This document shows, in pieces, positions 50,265-64,000 of a DNA stretch of 64,000 bases. The notes beneath the pieces are model-generated. The model had not been told where the DNA came from, ran no database searches, and saw only the letters and a list, made by a program, of their open reading frames with translations. A program made the position numbers and the translations under genes. This stretch comes from Acidobacteriota bacterium (GTDB taxonomy: Bacteria > Acidobacteriota > UBA6911): contig OY761556.1 of NCBI GenBank assembly GCA_963664705.1, positions 224,001 to 288,000 on the forward strand, given 5' to 3'. How positions within the stretch are numbered: the stretch's first letter is position 1; every line of letters begins with the position of its first letter.

Positions 50265-50990
50265 ATGATGACCAAAGACGGATCTGCGCCCTGGATAGGA
50301 ATGCCGGTTCAGATGGATCCCGGCAGCGAAAAGCAGTATTTGAGTCGGAACTATGCGGACGCCATTTCCGCAGCCGGGGGGGTGCCTATCCTGGTTCCCC
50401 TCCTCTCGGAGCCTGGTGTCCTGAGGCCGCTGGTGGAGCGGTTGGATGGTGTTCTGCTGACCGGCAATGATAGTGATCTGGAACCTTCCATGTATGGATC
50501 CTCCAGACTCGAAGCCTGCGGTCCCAGCCAGCCCCTGCGAGACAAAACCGATTTTTACCTGATGGAGCTGGTCCGGGCACGACGTATTCCACTTTTGGCC
50601 ATCTGCTTTGGCATTCAGTCGCTGAACGCATTTGGGGGCGGGACCCTGGTGCAGGATATTCCGAGCGTCGTCGGGGACTCCATCTGCCATTCCATGCGCG
50701 GAGAAGTCCCGAGTCATCCGATCCGGATCTCTCCCGGGTCGGTTCTGGAACCGCTTGCCGGCGGGTTGGAGGCAACGGTGAACAGCACGCATCACCAGGC
50801 CATCGACAAATTGGCCCCGGGATTAAATGTAATTGCCCGGGCTCCGGATGGTGTGGTTGAATCGGTCTGTGGCACTGATCCGCATCAATGGGTGTTGGGT
50901 GTTCAGTGGCATCCTGAGAAGAGTTTTGGATGGGACGCTTTTTCGCGAAAGTTGTTTGAAATATTCCTGGCCCGTTGCCGGGCAGTGTGA
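50265..50990 (+). CDS. Peptidase C26 / gamma-glutamyl-GABA hydrolase-like glutamine amidotransferase
   Basis: [30 protein letters not shown]. Confidence 0.92.
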   Translation: MMTKDGSAPWIGMPVQMDPGSEKQYLSRNYADAISAAGGVPILVPLLSEPGVLRPLVERLDGVLLTGNDSDLEPSMYGSSRLEACGPSQPLRDKTDFYLMELVRARRIPLLAICFGIQSLNAFGGGTLVQDIPSVVGDSICHSMRGEVPSHPIRISPGSVLEPLAGGLEATVNSTHHQAIDKLAPGLNVIARAPDGVVESVCGTDPHQWVLGVQWHPEKSFGWDAFSRKLFEIFLARCRAV

Positions 50991-50997
50991 GGGATTG

Positions 50998-51549
50998 ATG
51001 AAGGAACTCATTCGTAAATTGCTGTTGGATCTCGGCGAAGATCCGGATCGGCAGGGATTGAAGGGCACACCTCGCCGCGTCGAACAGGCGCTGCGGTTCT
51101 TAACGAGCGGCTATACGCAGGATCCTGATGAACTGCTGAATAATGCCTTGTTCGATGTGCAATATGACGAAATGGTTATTGTTTCGAACATCGATTTTTT
51201 CAGCATGTGCGAGCATCACATGCTGCCGTTTTTCGGGAAGTGCCATGTCGGATACCTGCCGGACAGAAAGGTAATCGGTATCAGCAAGATTGCGCGCCTG
51301 GTCGAAATGTACAGCCGACGCCTGCAGGTTCAGGAACGGCTTACTACCCAAATCGCGAAGACCATCGAGGAAAAAATCAAACCGCTGGGTGTCGGCGTGG
51401 TTATCGAAGCGCAGCACATGTGCATGCAGATGCGCGGGGTTGAGAAGCAGAATTCGAAGGCCATTACGAGTTCAATGCTTGGAAATTTCCGCCGGTCCGC
51501 TGAAACCCGGTCCGAGTTCCTTAATCTGATTTTCAAACAGCGCCAGTGA
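50998..51549 (+). CDS. folE: GTP cyclohydrolase I
   Basis: [43 protein letters not shown]. Confidence 0.97.
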   Translation: MKELIRKLLLDLGEDPDRQGLKGTPRRVEQALRFLTSGYTQDPDELLNNALFDVQYDEMVIVSNIDFFSMCEHHMLPFFGKCHVGYLPDRKVIGISKIARLVEMYSRRLQVQERLTTQIAKTIEEKIKPLGVGVVIEAQHMCMQMRGVEKQNSKAITSSMLGNFRRSAETRSEFLNLIFKQRQ

Positions 51550-51557
51550 TGACTTCA

Positions 51558-51597
51558 GATTGCGGACTGCAGATTTGGAAATCTGGAATCCGCAATC
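51558..51597. repeat. Inverted heptamer hairpin between convergent folE and sppA
   Basis: GATTGCGGACTGCAGATTT / AAATCTGGAATCCGCAATC, 17 of 19 positions complementary. Confidence 0.75.
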
Positions 51598-53218
51598 ATC
51601 GAATATCAATGCGAAAGGGCATCAAAAGCAAAATTCCCTGCCTGCCGATCTGTTCCAGAGCGTCAATATATCCCAACGCCGACTGAGCGATCGTGTTCGA
51701 CATCAGCGGCGAGCGCAGGTCCGGCATCAACCTTTCCCAGAATCTTCTGTGACGATAGTAGTGGATGATGCGCGTTCTCTGCGTTTCACGGAGGCCGGCG
51801 AGTCTGCGCGCGCTTTGAATGGCTTCGTGCAGACCGCCGACTTCATCCGCCAGGTTTTGCTCTTTTGCGCGCCTGCCGCTCCAGACGCGGCCCCGCCCTG
51901 CCTTGTCCACCGCGTCTTCGCTCATCTTCCGGCCTTCCGCCACCTTCCTGACGAACTCGTTTTGATAAAAATCGCTGATTTGAGCGTGCAGCCGACGGGC
52001 TTCCTCCTCACTGAGTTCAGAGAACAGGGATTCATAGCCGGCATGGGCTCCGCGCTGAACCGCATCTCTATGGATTGACAGTCGGTTGAGAAGTTCCCGT
52101 GCCGCGATTTTGCCGGCCAGGACTCCGATGGAGCCTGTGATTGAATTCGGTTCGGTAAGGATGTGGGAAGCCGCAGCCGCAATGTAGTATCCGCCTGACG
52201 CCGCGACATTTCCGAAACTGGCGATAATGGGTTTGTTTTTGCTCACCAGCCGCATCTTCCTCCAGATCAGATCGGAGGCAATCCCGGAACCGCCCGGCGA
52301 GTCAATTCGCAGGATGACGGCGCAGACTCTGCGAGCTTTGTCGGCATAGTCCAGAAGAGACTGAATGGTTTCCGATCCCGCCACTTCGCGTCCCGCCTGA
52401 TTCCGATGGCTTTCTCCCGTATCGATCTGTCCCGCTATGTTGATGATGGCGATACGTGGGCGTCTGAAGGTGAATAGTCTTTTGAAAAAGCCATCCTCCT
52501 TGAAATATTTGTCCGCAGCGATGGGAAGCAGCCCCTTGCCCAGTTCAGATTTGATTTTGTCCTGTATCTCATCCTGATAACAGACGCCATCCAGCAGCTT
52601 CTGCCCAAGGGCTTCCCTCGAAGTGAAGGGTCCTCCATCGATGCAGGCTTCAACTTCCTTGCGAGTGAAACCTCTATCCTGAATAGCGCGGCACAGCTCT
52701 TCAAAACTATCGTCCAGCAGAACCTCAAGTTGCTCGCGCGCCGGTGTGGACATGCCGGTTCTGGTAAACATTTCGGCCGCTGATTTGTATTCGCCGATCG
52801 ACTGAATTTCCGCCTTGATACCGAACCTGTCGAGAATATCTTTGAGGTAGAATGCCTCCGCCGAGAGTCCCACCAGTCCCAGGCTTGCGGCCGGTGGCAT
52901 GAAAATGAAATTGCAGGCGCTGGCCAGGTAATATTCCGCATTCCCGCCTTCCTGGAGATGGCAATAGATCGGTTTGCCGCTTTGTCGAAAATGGACGAGG
53001 GCGCGGCGGATATCGCTCAGCCGTGCCCATCCGCAATCCAAGCCTTCCAGGGTAAGAAAGAGTGCCGCAATTTTCCGGTCGGCCGCCGCCTGACGCAACA
53101 GGTTCAGGATATCCAGGAGTGACGTCCTTGCCTTTCGCGAGAAAAAGGAAGACTCCGGGTGTCCCTCGACAATTTCATCCTTGAGCAGCAGTTCCAGGAA
53201 CAGCTTTTTCTTCGCCAT
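51596..53218 (-). CDS. sppA: Signal peptide peptidase SppA (long form, S49)
   Basis: YYLASAC, GEYKSAAE, LRIDSPGGS, AASGGYY, ITGSIGV, GRVWSG. Confidence 0.92.
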   Translation of the reverse strand: MAKKKLFLELLLKDEIVEGHPESSFFSRKARTSLLDILNLLRQAAADRKIAALFLTLEGLDCGWARLSDIRRALVHFRQSGKPIYCHLQEGGNAEYYLASACNFIFMPPAASLGLVGLSAEAFYLKDILDRFGIKAEIQSIGEYKSAAEMFTRTGMSTPAREQLEVLLDDSFEELCRAIQDRGFTRKEVEACIDGGPFTSREALGQKLLDGVCYQDEIQDKIKSELGKGLLPIAADKYFKEDGFFKRLFTFRRPRIAIINIAGQIDTGESHRNQAGREVAGSETIQSLLDYADKARRVCAVILRIDSPGGSGIASDLIWRKMRLVSKNKPIIASFGNVAASGGYYIAAAASHILTEPNSITGSIGVLAGKIAARELLNRLSIHRDAVQRGAHAGYESLFSELSEEEARRLHAQISDFYQNEFVRKVAEGRKMSEDAVDKAGRGRVWSGRRAKEQNLADEVGGLHEAIQSARRLAGLRETQRTRIIHYYRHRRFWERLMPDLRSPLMSNTIAQSALGYIDALEQIGRQGILLLMPFRIDIR

Positions 53219-54536
53219 GGAATCCTCTTCGTTCAAACCAAACCATCATCAATGGGCCGCCACGGCGAATTTCATATGCCATGAGCGCGTACATCGGAAT
53301 GTATTCCAGCATCAATACCCACGCCGGTTCGTAAACCGGGTGAAAGGCATACGCGAGATAGGACAGGAAACAGGCTCCGGTCCAATAGGTCATGAACGCG
53401 TAAGGGAATAGCGGAAGGGCAAATGCAGCCCAGCAGATATACCAGGGGTGAGCTGTTGTGGCCAGGCACAGATCTGCCGTCATCAGCCAAAAACCGGCAT
53501 GCAGCAGCTGGCGGACGTCCCGCAAAGGGAATTTCCATGCTATGGCAATCGTGATGGCCACCAGGATGGCCGCCAGGTAAGGGCCTATCTCTTTGTCCCA
53601 CGCTGCATTGAACGCTATGCGTCCGATAAACCGTATGAAGTAATGGATGCTCGCATTGAACTCAAATAGCCGGAAATACAGTTTCAGAGAATTCAGATAG
53701 TGAAGCCATGCCCCGATATCCCGGAAATACAGCAAAACCAGGCCCAGCCCTGTGAGCAGGGAGGGCATGGCCGGTTTCCATCCCCACCGCCGCACATAGA
53801 GAGGAAACCAGAGTGCGGGGTGCAGCTTTCCCATCACCGCACCGGCATAGCTGACCAGTCCCCAGAGAGGTTTTTGCCTGGACAACAGATAGAAGGAAAG
53901 AAGGGCGAAAAACATCATGACGCTGTCCGAGTGCCCCGAGGCGGAGAATTCAAAGACAAAAAAGGGATGCCACGCCATCAGGAGAAGAGGCTGCAGACTT
54001 TGCTTCCACAGAACCAGGAGTCTCCATGCCAGTAACAGTGTTAAGAACTCGAGCAGGCTGAATACTGCCTTCATGGCTGTTACATTCGCACCGAACAGGG
54101 TATAGCTAAATCGAAACAGGATCTGGGATAAAGGCGGGTAAGCCGTGATGTAGGGCTTGGAATTGATCATTGGATAGATCTGACTATCCCGCAATTGCTC
54201 GAGTTCGGGAGCCTGCGGCGCGTAGGCATAAGGGCTTATGCCCATGGCAGCCGTTTTCGCATCCCAGAGGTACCTGTAGACATCCTCGCTCTGATGGGGC
54301 GGTGCCAGCAGAAGAGTGAAGCGAAACAGGAAGGCAAACAGGAGAACAATCCCGATCTCCGCCCCGCTCTTTATGGGCAGGCGGAAGAAGGCCCCGATAC
54401 ATAACAGAAACGCAAGGATTACGAGAGCCAGGAAAGGGCCACTGTTCTGCCGCAGCGGTCCGAGGGAGCATACCCCAATCCAGAGGCCCTCAAGTACGAG
54501 CCCCACCAAACTAAGCCATACCAACCGTTTGATCAT
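53175..54536 (-). CDS. GT-C fold polytopic membrane glycosyltransferase (GT87/DUF2029-like)
   Basis: SEDVYRYLWD, PY.YAP, YPPLSQ, WHP...E....GHSD, HPWY. Confidence 0.75.
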   Translation of the reverse strand: MIKRLVWLSLVGLVLEGLWIGVCSLGPLRQNSGPFLALVILAFLLCIGAFFRLPIKSGAEIGIVLLFAFLFRFTLLLAPPHQSEDVYRYLWDAKTAAMGISPYAYAPQAPELEQLRDSQIYPMINSKPYITAYPPLSQILFRFSYTLFGANVTAMKAVFSLLEFLTLLLAWRLLVLWKQSLQPLLLMAWHPFFVFEFSASGHSDSVMMFFALLSFYLLSRQKPLWGLVSYAGAVMGKLHPALWFPLYVRRWGWKPAMPSLLTGLGLVLLYFRDIGAWLHYLNSLKLYFRLFEFNASIHYFIRFIGRIAFNAAWDKEIGPYLAAILVAITIAIAWKFPLRDVRQLLHAGFWLMTADLCLATTAHPWYICWAAFALPLFPYAFMTYWTGACFLSYLAYAFHPVYEPAWVLMLEYIPMYALMAYEIRRGGPLMMVWFERRGFHGEEKAVPGTAAQG

Positions 54537-54582
54537 TAGGACACTATATCAGGAGTTGCGGGATGCCGGTTATAAGTTCGCG

Positions 54583-54617
54583 AATCCGGAATCCTAAATC
54601 AGAAATCTGAAATCACG
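54583..54617. repeat. One-sided heptamer array upstream of the atp promoter
   Basis: AATCCGG AATCCTA AATCAGA AATCTGA AATCACG. Confidence 0.7.
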
Positions 54618-54672
54618 CGATCTGGCAACGTCTCTTAATCCTTTGATAATTTTGGGTATACGGCCTTTAGCC

Positions 54673-54701
54673 TTGACGGGAATCCGGCCCTGTGATAGTT
54701 T
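54673..54701 (+). promoter_or_regulatory. Candidate sigma70 promoter of the atp operon
   Basis: TTGACG-N17-TAGTTT with an extended -10 TG. Confidence 0.55.
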
Positions 54702-54761
54702 GACCCCTCTTGGGGGAGGCTTGTCTGCACTACCCCTTTATCAAATGGACTAGGATGACAG

Positions 54762-55205
54762 ATGGTTAGTTTGGATGGGTCGATAGTTCCGGCGATAATT
54801 ATTTTCCTGCTGCTGATTGTTGCTCTCAATCAGCTTCTGTTCAAGCCTCTCCAGAAGATACAGGCGGAGCGAGAGAGTCGTACTTCGGGGCTCATGAGCG
54901 AAGCTCAGGCCCGGATGGGCCATCAGCTGGACCTGATGAATGAATACCAGGCGACCTTGAAGACTGCCCGAATGGAAGCCTACCGTCAGCAGGATCAGCT
55001 GCGGAATGAAGCGATGAAGAAGCGCGCCGAGGTGCTCGCGAAAGCAAGAACCGCAGGAGAGCAGATGATTCAGGATTCCCGTGTCTCCATTCTCACCGAG
55101 GTGGAAGCTGCGAAGCGGCAATTGAATCAGGAAGCGCAGGAATTGGCACGAGGGATTACTTCGGCGATTCTTGGAAGGTCCGCACTGGATGCAGACTTCA
55201 CTTAG
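54762..55205 (+). CDS. ATP synthase F0 subunit b'
   Basis: N-terminal TM, LNQLLFKPL...ERE, long helix. Confidence 0.88.
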   Translation: MVSLDGSIVPAIIIFLLLIVALNQLLFKPLQKIQAERESRTSGLMSEAQARMGHQLDLMNEYQATLKTARMEAYRQQDQLRNEAMKKRAEVLAKARTAGEQMIQDSRVSILTEVEAAKRQLNQEAQELARGITSAILGRSALDADFT

Positions 55206-55268
55206 ACTCGAGTGGTTTTCTTTTCAATCTAGTTATTTTGATTTACCGTTTTTCCAGGTGAGCGTTAC

Positions 55269-55850
55269 ATGAACACTCTAAGAGCCCGGATTTTCTTTCC
55301 TGTCCTGTCGCTGGTTGCGGGGATCGTCGTTCTATCGGACGTTGCCTTTGCCGCAGAAGAAGGGGGAAAGTGGGGAGTCTGGCTTGAAGTAGGCAAGGTT
55401 TTCAACCTCCTCCTGGTTGTTGCGGTGCTTGTGTGGGCCGCGCGCAAGCCGCTGTCGAATTTTTTTGCAAGCAGAAGCCAGGCTATACGGGACCAGCTTG
55501 CGGAAGCTCAGCGTGCGCATATTGAAGCCGAGACAAAACTGACGGAAATGGAATCGCGCATGAGCCGCCTGGACGATGAAATCCGGGAAATCAAGGCTGC
55601 CGCCGAAAAGGAATCGAAGGAAGAGTACGAGCGATTGCTGGCTGCCGCCGAGCAGGACGCCGAAAAGATTGTGGAGCGTTCCCGTCAGGAGATTGAAGGG
55701 CTTACGCGCTCTGCCCAGAAGGAGCTCAAGCTCCATGTTGCGGAGCTTTCGGTGCGAATGGCGGAGGAAAAAATTCGCGGTGAAATAACCGATGCGGACC
55801 GCGGGCGGATTTTTTCCCAGTTCGTGACGAAGTTGGGAGGTAACGAGTGA
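55269..55850 (+). CDS. atpF: ATP synthase F0 subunit b
   Basis: KVFNLLLV...RKPLSNFFASRSQAIR, coiled coil. Confidence 0.9.
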   Translation: MNTLRARIFFPVLSLVAGIVVLSDVAFAAEEGGKWGVWLEVGKVFNLLLVVAVLVWAARKPLSNFFASRSQAIRDQLAEAQRAHIEAETKLTEMESRMSRLDDEIREIKAAAEKESKEEYERLLAAAEQDAEKIVERSRQEIEGLTRSAQKELKLHVAELSVRMAEEKIRGEITDADRGRIFSQFVTKLGGNE

Positions 55851-56389
55851 TATCCTCTGCAGTTCTCGGGCGCTATGCCAGGTCATTGGCGGAAGTAGTA
55901 TTCGAGGAAAATATCGAGCCGAAGGTGACCGAGGATCTTGTGACCTATAGCGAGATCTTCCGTGCGGTTCCGGATCTTCTGGATGTTTTTCACAGCCCGG
56001 CTGTGCCGCGCGAATCCAAGGAGAAGATCCTGGGTGCGCTTATCGCGCGCTATCCGGTATCTCAGGTTACGGCCAATTTTCTGCGAATTCTTCTTCAGCA
56101 CAATCGCATCCGCTTCTTTGAGCAGATCCGGAACCACTATTTGAAATCCGTCAACGAGAACAAGGGGATCGTTGCCGCACAGGTAACGGCCGCCGCGCCT
56201 CTTTCAGAAAATGCTGTCAAGAGCCTGGAGGCGCAGTTGGGGAAGATAACCGGAAAACGCGTCAACGTGGAGCTGAAGACGGACGATGCTCTCCTGGGCG
56301 GAATTGTTGTTCAGCTGGGCAGCACGATATTTGATGGATCCATTCGAACGCAACTGGCGGAAATGAAGCGGCGTCTTGCAGAGGCGTAG
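55847..56389 (+). CDS. atpH: ATP synthase F1 delta
   Basis: RYARSL...LLGGIVVQLGSTIFDGSIRTQL. Confidence 0.95.
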   Translation: MISSAVLGRYARSLAEVVFEENIEPKVTEDLVTYSEIFRAVPDLLDVFHSPAVPRESKEKILGALIARYPVSQVTANFLRILLQHNRIRFFEQIRNHYLKSVNENKGIVAAQVTAAAPLSENAVKSLEAQLGKITGKRVNVELKTDDALLGGIVVQLGSTIFDGSIRTQLAEMKRRLAEA

Positions 56390-58000
<1,611 letters not shown>

Positions 58001-58021
58001 GGATCTGTCGACGGGTAAATT

Positions 58022-58873
58022 ATGCCGAATGTACGCGACATCAGGCGGCGCATCCGCAGCGCCAAGAATATCCAGCAGATAACGCGAGCGATGAAGTTCG
58101 TCTCGGCAGCCCGGTTACGCCGGGCGCAGGACCGCGTCATTGCGGCGCGTCCCTATGCCCGACAGATGGTGGCGGTCCTCAACAGTCTCGCGACCCGCGT
58201 TCCCGAAAGCGCGCATCCGCTATTGGCGAGACGCGGAGACGAAAAGATTGAGCTGGTGGTTATTACGGCGGACCGCGGATTGTGCGCCGCATACAATACC
58301 AATATCATCAGAAAGACGCTTGAATTTCTGAACGAGCATTCCGACCGGAAGGTGGAACTGAACATACTGGGCAAGCGCGCCAGGGATTTTTTCCGACGGC
58401 GGCCCTATCCGGTTCGGCATGAAGCCATCAATGTTCTGCAGAAGCCGACCTTTGCGGATGCAGCCGCAATTGCAAAGGATCTTATTGAGGAGTTTTCCTC
58501 CGGCGAGAAGGATCAGGTCTGGATCATTTACAACGAATTCAAATCGGTTGTCCAACAGCGCGTGGTGGTTGAGCCTCTGCTGCCGATCTCGAGACTTGAA
58601 CATGTCGATGATGCCGGCAAGCTGGACTACCTCTACGATGAGCCGCCTGAAAAGATACTTTCGAACCTGCTTCCGCGGCATGTGGAAGCGCAGATATTCC
58701 GGGCGTTGCTCGAAGCCTCCGCTTCCGAGCACGGGGCCCGCATGTCTGCTATGGAAGCGGCAACCAATAACGCGGCGGAAATGATAGACGGACTCACCCT
58801 GTACGCGAACAAGGTGCGCCAGGCTGGTATTACTAAGGAATTGATTGAAGTCGTCAGCGGAGCCATCTCTACC

Positions 58874-58879
<6 letters not shown>
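58022..58879 (+). CDS. atpG: ATP synthase F1 gamma
   Basis: IRRRIRSAKNIQQITRAMK, DRGLC, RQAGITKELIEVVSGA. Confidence 0.97.
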
Positions 58880-60387
<1,508 letters not shown>

Positions 60388-60392
60388 CGGAT

Positions 60393-60471
60393 AGAATCCC
60401 GGATTTCAGATTTTGAGCTATTTTGAGTCAGTCCTCTGAAATCCGGAATCTTTAATCTGGAATCTGGAATC
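60393..60471. repeat. Inverted heptamer hairpin between atpD and atpC
   Basis: Perfect 12-bp stem CCGGATTTCAGA (60399-60410) / TCTGAAATCCGG (60435-60446), then AATC units every 7 nt up to 5 nt before the atpC ATG. Confidence 0.75.
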
Positions 60472-60476
60472 TTCCT

Positions 60477-60899
60477 ATGGCACTACCGGAAAAGATCCAT
60501 CTCGAAGTTGTCACGCCCGAAAAGCAGCTTTTCAGCGGAGCGGTTGATTCGGTCACTGTTCCATCCACGCAAGGATACCTTGGAATCCTTCCGGGCCATG
60601 CTCCCCTGCTGGCGGAATTGGGAATCGGCGAGATCAGTTATAAGATTGGTGATCGAACCGAGTATCTTTTCTCCTCCTGGGGGTTCGTTGAAGTGCTTCC
60701 GGACCGCGTAGTGCTTCTTGCCCAGACGGCGGAAGCCGCATCGGATATCGATATCAAACGCGCGGAAGAGGCGAAGATGCGGGCAGAGAAATATCTGGCC
60801 TCCAAGGATCCCGGCATTGATTTTCAGCGTGCCGAGATGGCAATGCTGCGCGCCATATCCCGCCTGAACGCGGTCAAACACCGCGCAGCAAAACACTAG
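60477..60899 (+). CDS. atpC: ATP synthase F1 epsilon
   Basis: LEVVTPE, GYLGILPGHAPL, GFVEV, DIDIKRAEEA. Confidence 0.96.
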   Translation: MALPEKIHLEVVTPEKQLFSGAVDSVTVPSTQGYLGILPGHAPLLAELGIGEISYKIGDRTEYLFSSWGFVEVLPDRVVLLAQTAEAASDIDIKRAEEAKMRAEKYLASKDPGIDFQRAEMAMLRAISRLNAVKHRAAKH

Positions 60900-60920
60900 G
60901 CATCCATTATTTTCGGCAAT

Positions 60921-60960
60921 AAAAAAGGCCCTTGATGCTTTCAGCGTCAAGGGCCTTTTG
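60921..60960. terminator. Bidirectional Rho-independent terminator
   Basis: AAAAAAGGCCCTTGATGCT-tt-c-AGCGTCAAGGGCCTTTT between convergent atpC and the TPR gene. Confidence 0.85.
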
Positions 60961-60984
60961 AATTCAGGACTGAAGACTGTCAGC

Positions 60985-62034
60985 CTATTTTTCGAGCTGC
61001 AGCTCTTCCTTTGCCTTGTTGTACTTCTTTTCTATACCGATGGTTGTGTTATTGTGCAGCGCTTTGTACAGCTGCTCGGCTCTTGCTTTTGCCTTTGCCG
61101 CGATATCTCCGCCCTGCAGTTCAGCTTTGATGTAGGAGATGATCGCATCTTCTACTTTGTCCTGACCCAATCTTTCCTGGCACTGGCCGATGTAATAATA
61201 GCCTTCGCCGTATTTCTCCGCCTTCAGAGCTTTTTTGAAGGACTCGATTGCATCCAGGAACTTGTCCTTTTCCATCTGGTCCATTGCAATGATGTGATGG
61301 CAGGCACGGCGAGTCTTCCTCAACTGTTCCTGCGTGTCCGCATCCGGGTTCTTTACCAGATCCGTAGATTTCAGCGTGAGCTGTGCAAATTCGGCGGCTT
61401 TGGGCAGGTTGTTGGCTTCCGAGTATTTCTTCACGAAATAGCTGCGCGTCGTAAAATCGGCATCGAATTCGGGCAATTTGGCCAGCTTGTCGAACCACTC
61501 CAGCTGCTTGGCCAGGTTGTTTATCTTCTGATAGCTGGTGAATATTTCCTTTGCCAGAGTCGGGGAAGGCTGCATCTTGTAGATTTCTTCCATGCATTCG
61601 GCGCAACGTTCGTACTTCTGCAGATTGTTGGCGGCTTCGGCAACAAAGGCCAGGGTGCGTACATCGTTCGGGTGGATTTTGAGCCATTTTTCGGAAAGGA
61701 TTTCGAGTATTTCGTATTTCTTTCCCTGAGAGCACTCCCGCAAAAGGCCATCATAGGCAGAATTGATGTGCGGCATTAGAGCGGACTTCGGATATTTCTG
61801 AATGAACTCAAGCAGCATGGTTCCGCGCTTTGCCAGATCCGGTTCTTTGGCGGCCGCCTCATAGGCGCCGTATTCAACATCGTCGTAAGGTGTTTCTTCG
61901 TCCTGCGATTGTGCGGTAGTGGCCGCCTTTGCCTGTTGTTCATCCGCAAATGCCCGGCTGGTTGCCGCACCGGCGAAAAGAAATACAGCCGATCCCAGCA
62001 TTGCCGCAAGGAACCATTTAGAATAGCCTTTCAT
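60985..62034 (-). CDS. Secreted TPR-repeat protein
   Basis: Signal peptide; FIQKYPKS; helical repeats such as AIESFKKALK...YYYIGQC. Confidence 0.75.
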   Translation of the reverse strand: MKGYSKWFLAAMLGSAVFLFAGAATSRAFADEQQAKAATTAQSQDEETPYDDVEYGAYEAAAKEPDLAKRGTMLLEFIQKYPKSALMPHINSAYDGLLRECSQGKKYEILEILSEKWLKIHPNDVRTLAFVAEAANNLQKYERCAECMEEIYKMQPSPTLAKEIFTSYQKINNLAKQLEWFDKLAKLPEFDADFTTRSYFVKKYSEANNLPKAAEFAQLTLKSTDLVKNPDADTQEQLRKTRRACHHIIAMDQMEKDKFLDAIESFKKALKAEKYGEGYYYIGQCQERLGQDKVEDAIISYIKAELQGGDIAAKAKARAEQLYKALHNNTTIGIEKKYNKAKEELQLEK

Positions 62035-62491
62035 GGATAATCGATCCCCTTTCCTGATTCGCTAGTTTAGCGAATTTTAAGGATTGCCCTAACGTAAATC
62101 AATTACAATAGTAAAGCACGAGACCTGACTGCTGCTTATCCGTTTACCTATCCGCTTTCACCCTGATTGATGAGCCTGAATACCAATAGTTGCGATTTTT
62201 TTGAGCTCGGTTCGCAGATTGCCTCTTCGTGGCACCTGTTGAAAATAAGCAACTTTCAGGGAGCGGTGCTATTTAACCATACACCGCATTAAAGGTCGAC
62301 ATAAATTCTCGGACGCGCTTCCGGCTTGTCAACGCGGGGTTTAGGGGGCCATGCTGCCCTGAAAACCGTCCTTCTTATTGGATGCCTTTCCGTTCTTTTT
62401 GTTCCCATGATGTCCGGCATCAGGGGGTTTCGCCCGGGAATGTGCTAAAATAGAAACTTTTATTGGAAGATACACACGGTTAGGAAGATTT

Positions 62492-64000
62492 ATGGAAAGC
62501 CCTGATAAGAATAGCTGCAACAACGCCCTGCCTGACAAAGAGGATACCGGGCTCAGCACTCCGCTGGATTTTGTGCGCACCATCGTGACTGAGGACTTGA
62601 AAGCCAATAAGAATGAGGGGCGTGTGGCTACGCGATTCCCTCCCGAGCCGAATGGTTATCTGCATATTGGTCATGCAAAAGCGATCTGCCTGGATTTTGG
62701 CATCGCCTCCGAATTTGGAGGGACCTGCAACCTGCGTTTCGATGATACGAATCCCACAAAAGAAGACGTGGAGTACGTGGATGCCATTCAGGAGGATGTG
62801 CGCTGGCTGGGCTTCAGTTGGGAAAACCGCTGCTACTACGCCTCGGATTATTTTGAAAAACTATATGCCGATGCAGTCCAGCTGATTGAGGCGGGAAAGG
62901 CTTATGTTGATGAGTTGAGCGCGGATGAAATCAGGGCATACCGTGGGACTCTGACGGAGCCGGGTAAAGAATCGCCCTATCGGAATCGGCCGATACCGGA
63001 AAACCTCGATCTCTTCCGCCGGATGCGGGCGGGGGAGTTTGAAGACGGGAAACTGGTGTTGCGCGCCAGGATTGATATGACTTCACCCAATCTGAATATG
63101 CGGGATCCGACCCTCTATCGTATCCGTCGAGCGACCCACCACAGGACGGGCGATCAATGGTGCATTTACCCGATGTATGATTTTGCGCATTCACTTTCAG
63201 ACGCCTTGGAAGGGATTACGCATTCCTTCTGTACACTGGAATTTGAAGATCATCGGCCTTTGTATGACTGGTTTCAGGAAGCGCTGCAGCTTCCATTCCG
63301 ATCCCGGCAGATCGAATTTGCCCGCCTCAATATCAATTACACGGTTATGAGCAAGCGGAAGCTGCTCCAATTGGTCCAGGAAGGGCTGGTAAAGGGTTGG
63401 GATGATCCGCGGATGCCTACGATCTGCGGATTGCGCCGTCGCGGGTACACTCCGGAGTCTATCCGCGGCTTCTGCGAGCGTGTGGGCGTCGCCAAACGAG
63501 ACAACGTGGTGGACGCAGCGCTGCTAGAACATTCTTTGAGGGAAGATCTCAACACAAAAGCGCTCCGAACCATGGCAGTGCTGAATCCTTTGCGCCTGGT
63601 AATCGACAATTATCCGGCCGACCGTGTGGAGGAACTCGACGCGGTGAACAATCCGGAGGATCCATCCGCCGGGACTCGAAAAGTGCCGTTTTCGCGTGAA
63701 CTCTATATCGAGCGGGAGGATTTCATGGAGGATCCTCCGAAAAAGTTTTTCCGGATGGCACCGGGTCGAACAGTGCGGTTGAGGTATGGGTATTTGGTTA
63801 CCTGTGTCGATGTCGTGAAAAATGACAAAGGGGACGTTGTCGAGGTTCATTGTACCTACGACCCGGACTCGCTGACGGGTAATCCCGAAAATGCGCCAAA
63901 AGTGAAAGCTACAATTCACTGGGTCTCGGCTCCGCATTCTCATTCGGCGGAAGTCCGGCTCTATGACCGGCTGTTTTCGGTCGAAAATCCGAGCGATGAA
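62492..64000 (+). CDS. glnS: Glutamine--tRNA ligase (3' end outside window)
   Basis: Not in the ORF track. From ATG 62492: ...[23 protein letters not shown]...NLRFDDTNP...YPMYDFAH...[17 protein letters not shown]...VMSKRKL...GWDDPRMPT. Confidence 0.96.
   Translation, partial: MESPDKNSCNNALPDKEDTGLSTPLDFVRTIVTEDLKANKNEGRVATRFPPEPNGYLHIGHAKAICLDFGIASEFGGTCNLRFDDTNPTKEDVEYVDAIQEDVRWLGFSWENRCYYASDYFEKLYADAVQLIEAGKAYVDELSADEIRAYRGTLTEPGKESPYRNRPIPENLDLFRRMRAGEFEDGKLVLRARIDMTSPNLNMRDPTLYRIRRATHHRTGDQWCIYPMYDFAHSLSDALEGITHSFCTLEFEDHRPLYDWFQEALQLPFRSRQIEFARLNINYTVMSKRKLLQLVQEGLVKGWDDPRMPTICGLRRRGYTPESIRGFCERVGVAKRDNVVDAALLEHSLREDLNTKALRTMAVLNPLRLVIDNYPADRVEELDAVNNPEDPSAGTRKVPFSRELYIEREDFMEDPPKKFFRMAPGRTVRLRYGYLVTCVDVVKNDKGDVVEVHCTYDPDSLTGNPENAPKVKATIHWVSAPHSHSAEVRLYDRLFSVENPSDE

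Noticed and set aside
62035-62491. Long intergenic region before glnS as a possible ncRNA or riboswitch
   Set aside because: Only short hairpins and an extended -10-like TGCTAAAAT were seen; no recognisable T-box or riboswitch motif. An Rfam search would settle it.

Overview
A mostly core-genome bacterial window; gene order and protein style suggest an anaerobic Acidobacteriota-like organism (inference). The left ~9 kb is accessory: a truncated secreted CBM9-like protein, two paralogous secreted 'CDRxCL' proteins bracketing a four-subunit 2-oxoacid:ferredoxin oxidoreductase plus ACT operon, a cupin, a 3-hydroxyacyl-CoA dehydrogenase and a Phd/RelE toxin-antitoxin pair beside the 3' end of tRNA-Pro. 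Then follow rdgB-rph, a rhomboid protease, a PlpD-like patatin-Omp85 gene, a dcw cluster lacking both mraY and murG, ychF, Omp85-SurA-like-TamB, a two-component pair, rplU-rpmA-obgE-nadD-rsfS-rlmH-dksA-like-comF, an anti-sigma factor without its sigma, queA, folE, sppA, atpF'FHAGDC, a TPR protein and glnS (runs off the right edge). The most notable signal is non-coding. At least nine intergenic sites carry 7-nt-periodic AAT/ATT tandem arrays, most starting at a stop codon and forming inverted pairs. One pair encloses a four-helix-bundle (23S rRNA IVS protein-like) gene, the others are empty hairpins, and one sits exactly between the ftsI Shine-Dalgarno and its start codon. A separate 254-bp element with 44-bp inverted ends holds what looks like a collapsed GxxExxY gene. 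Together these suggest repeat-bracketed mini-cassettes in filled, collapsed and empty states; this is a hypothesis, not a demonstrated mechanism.
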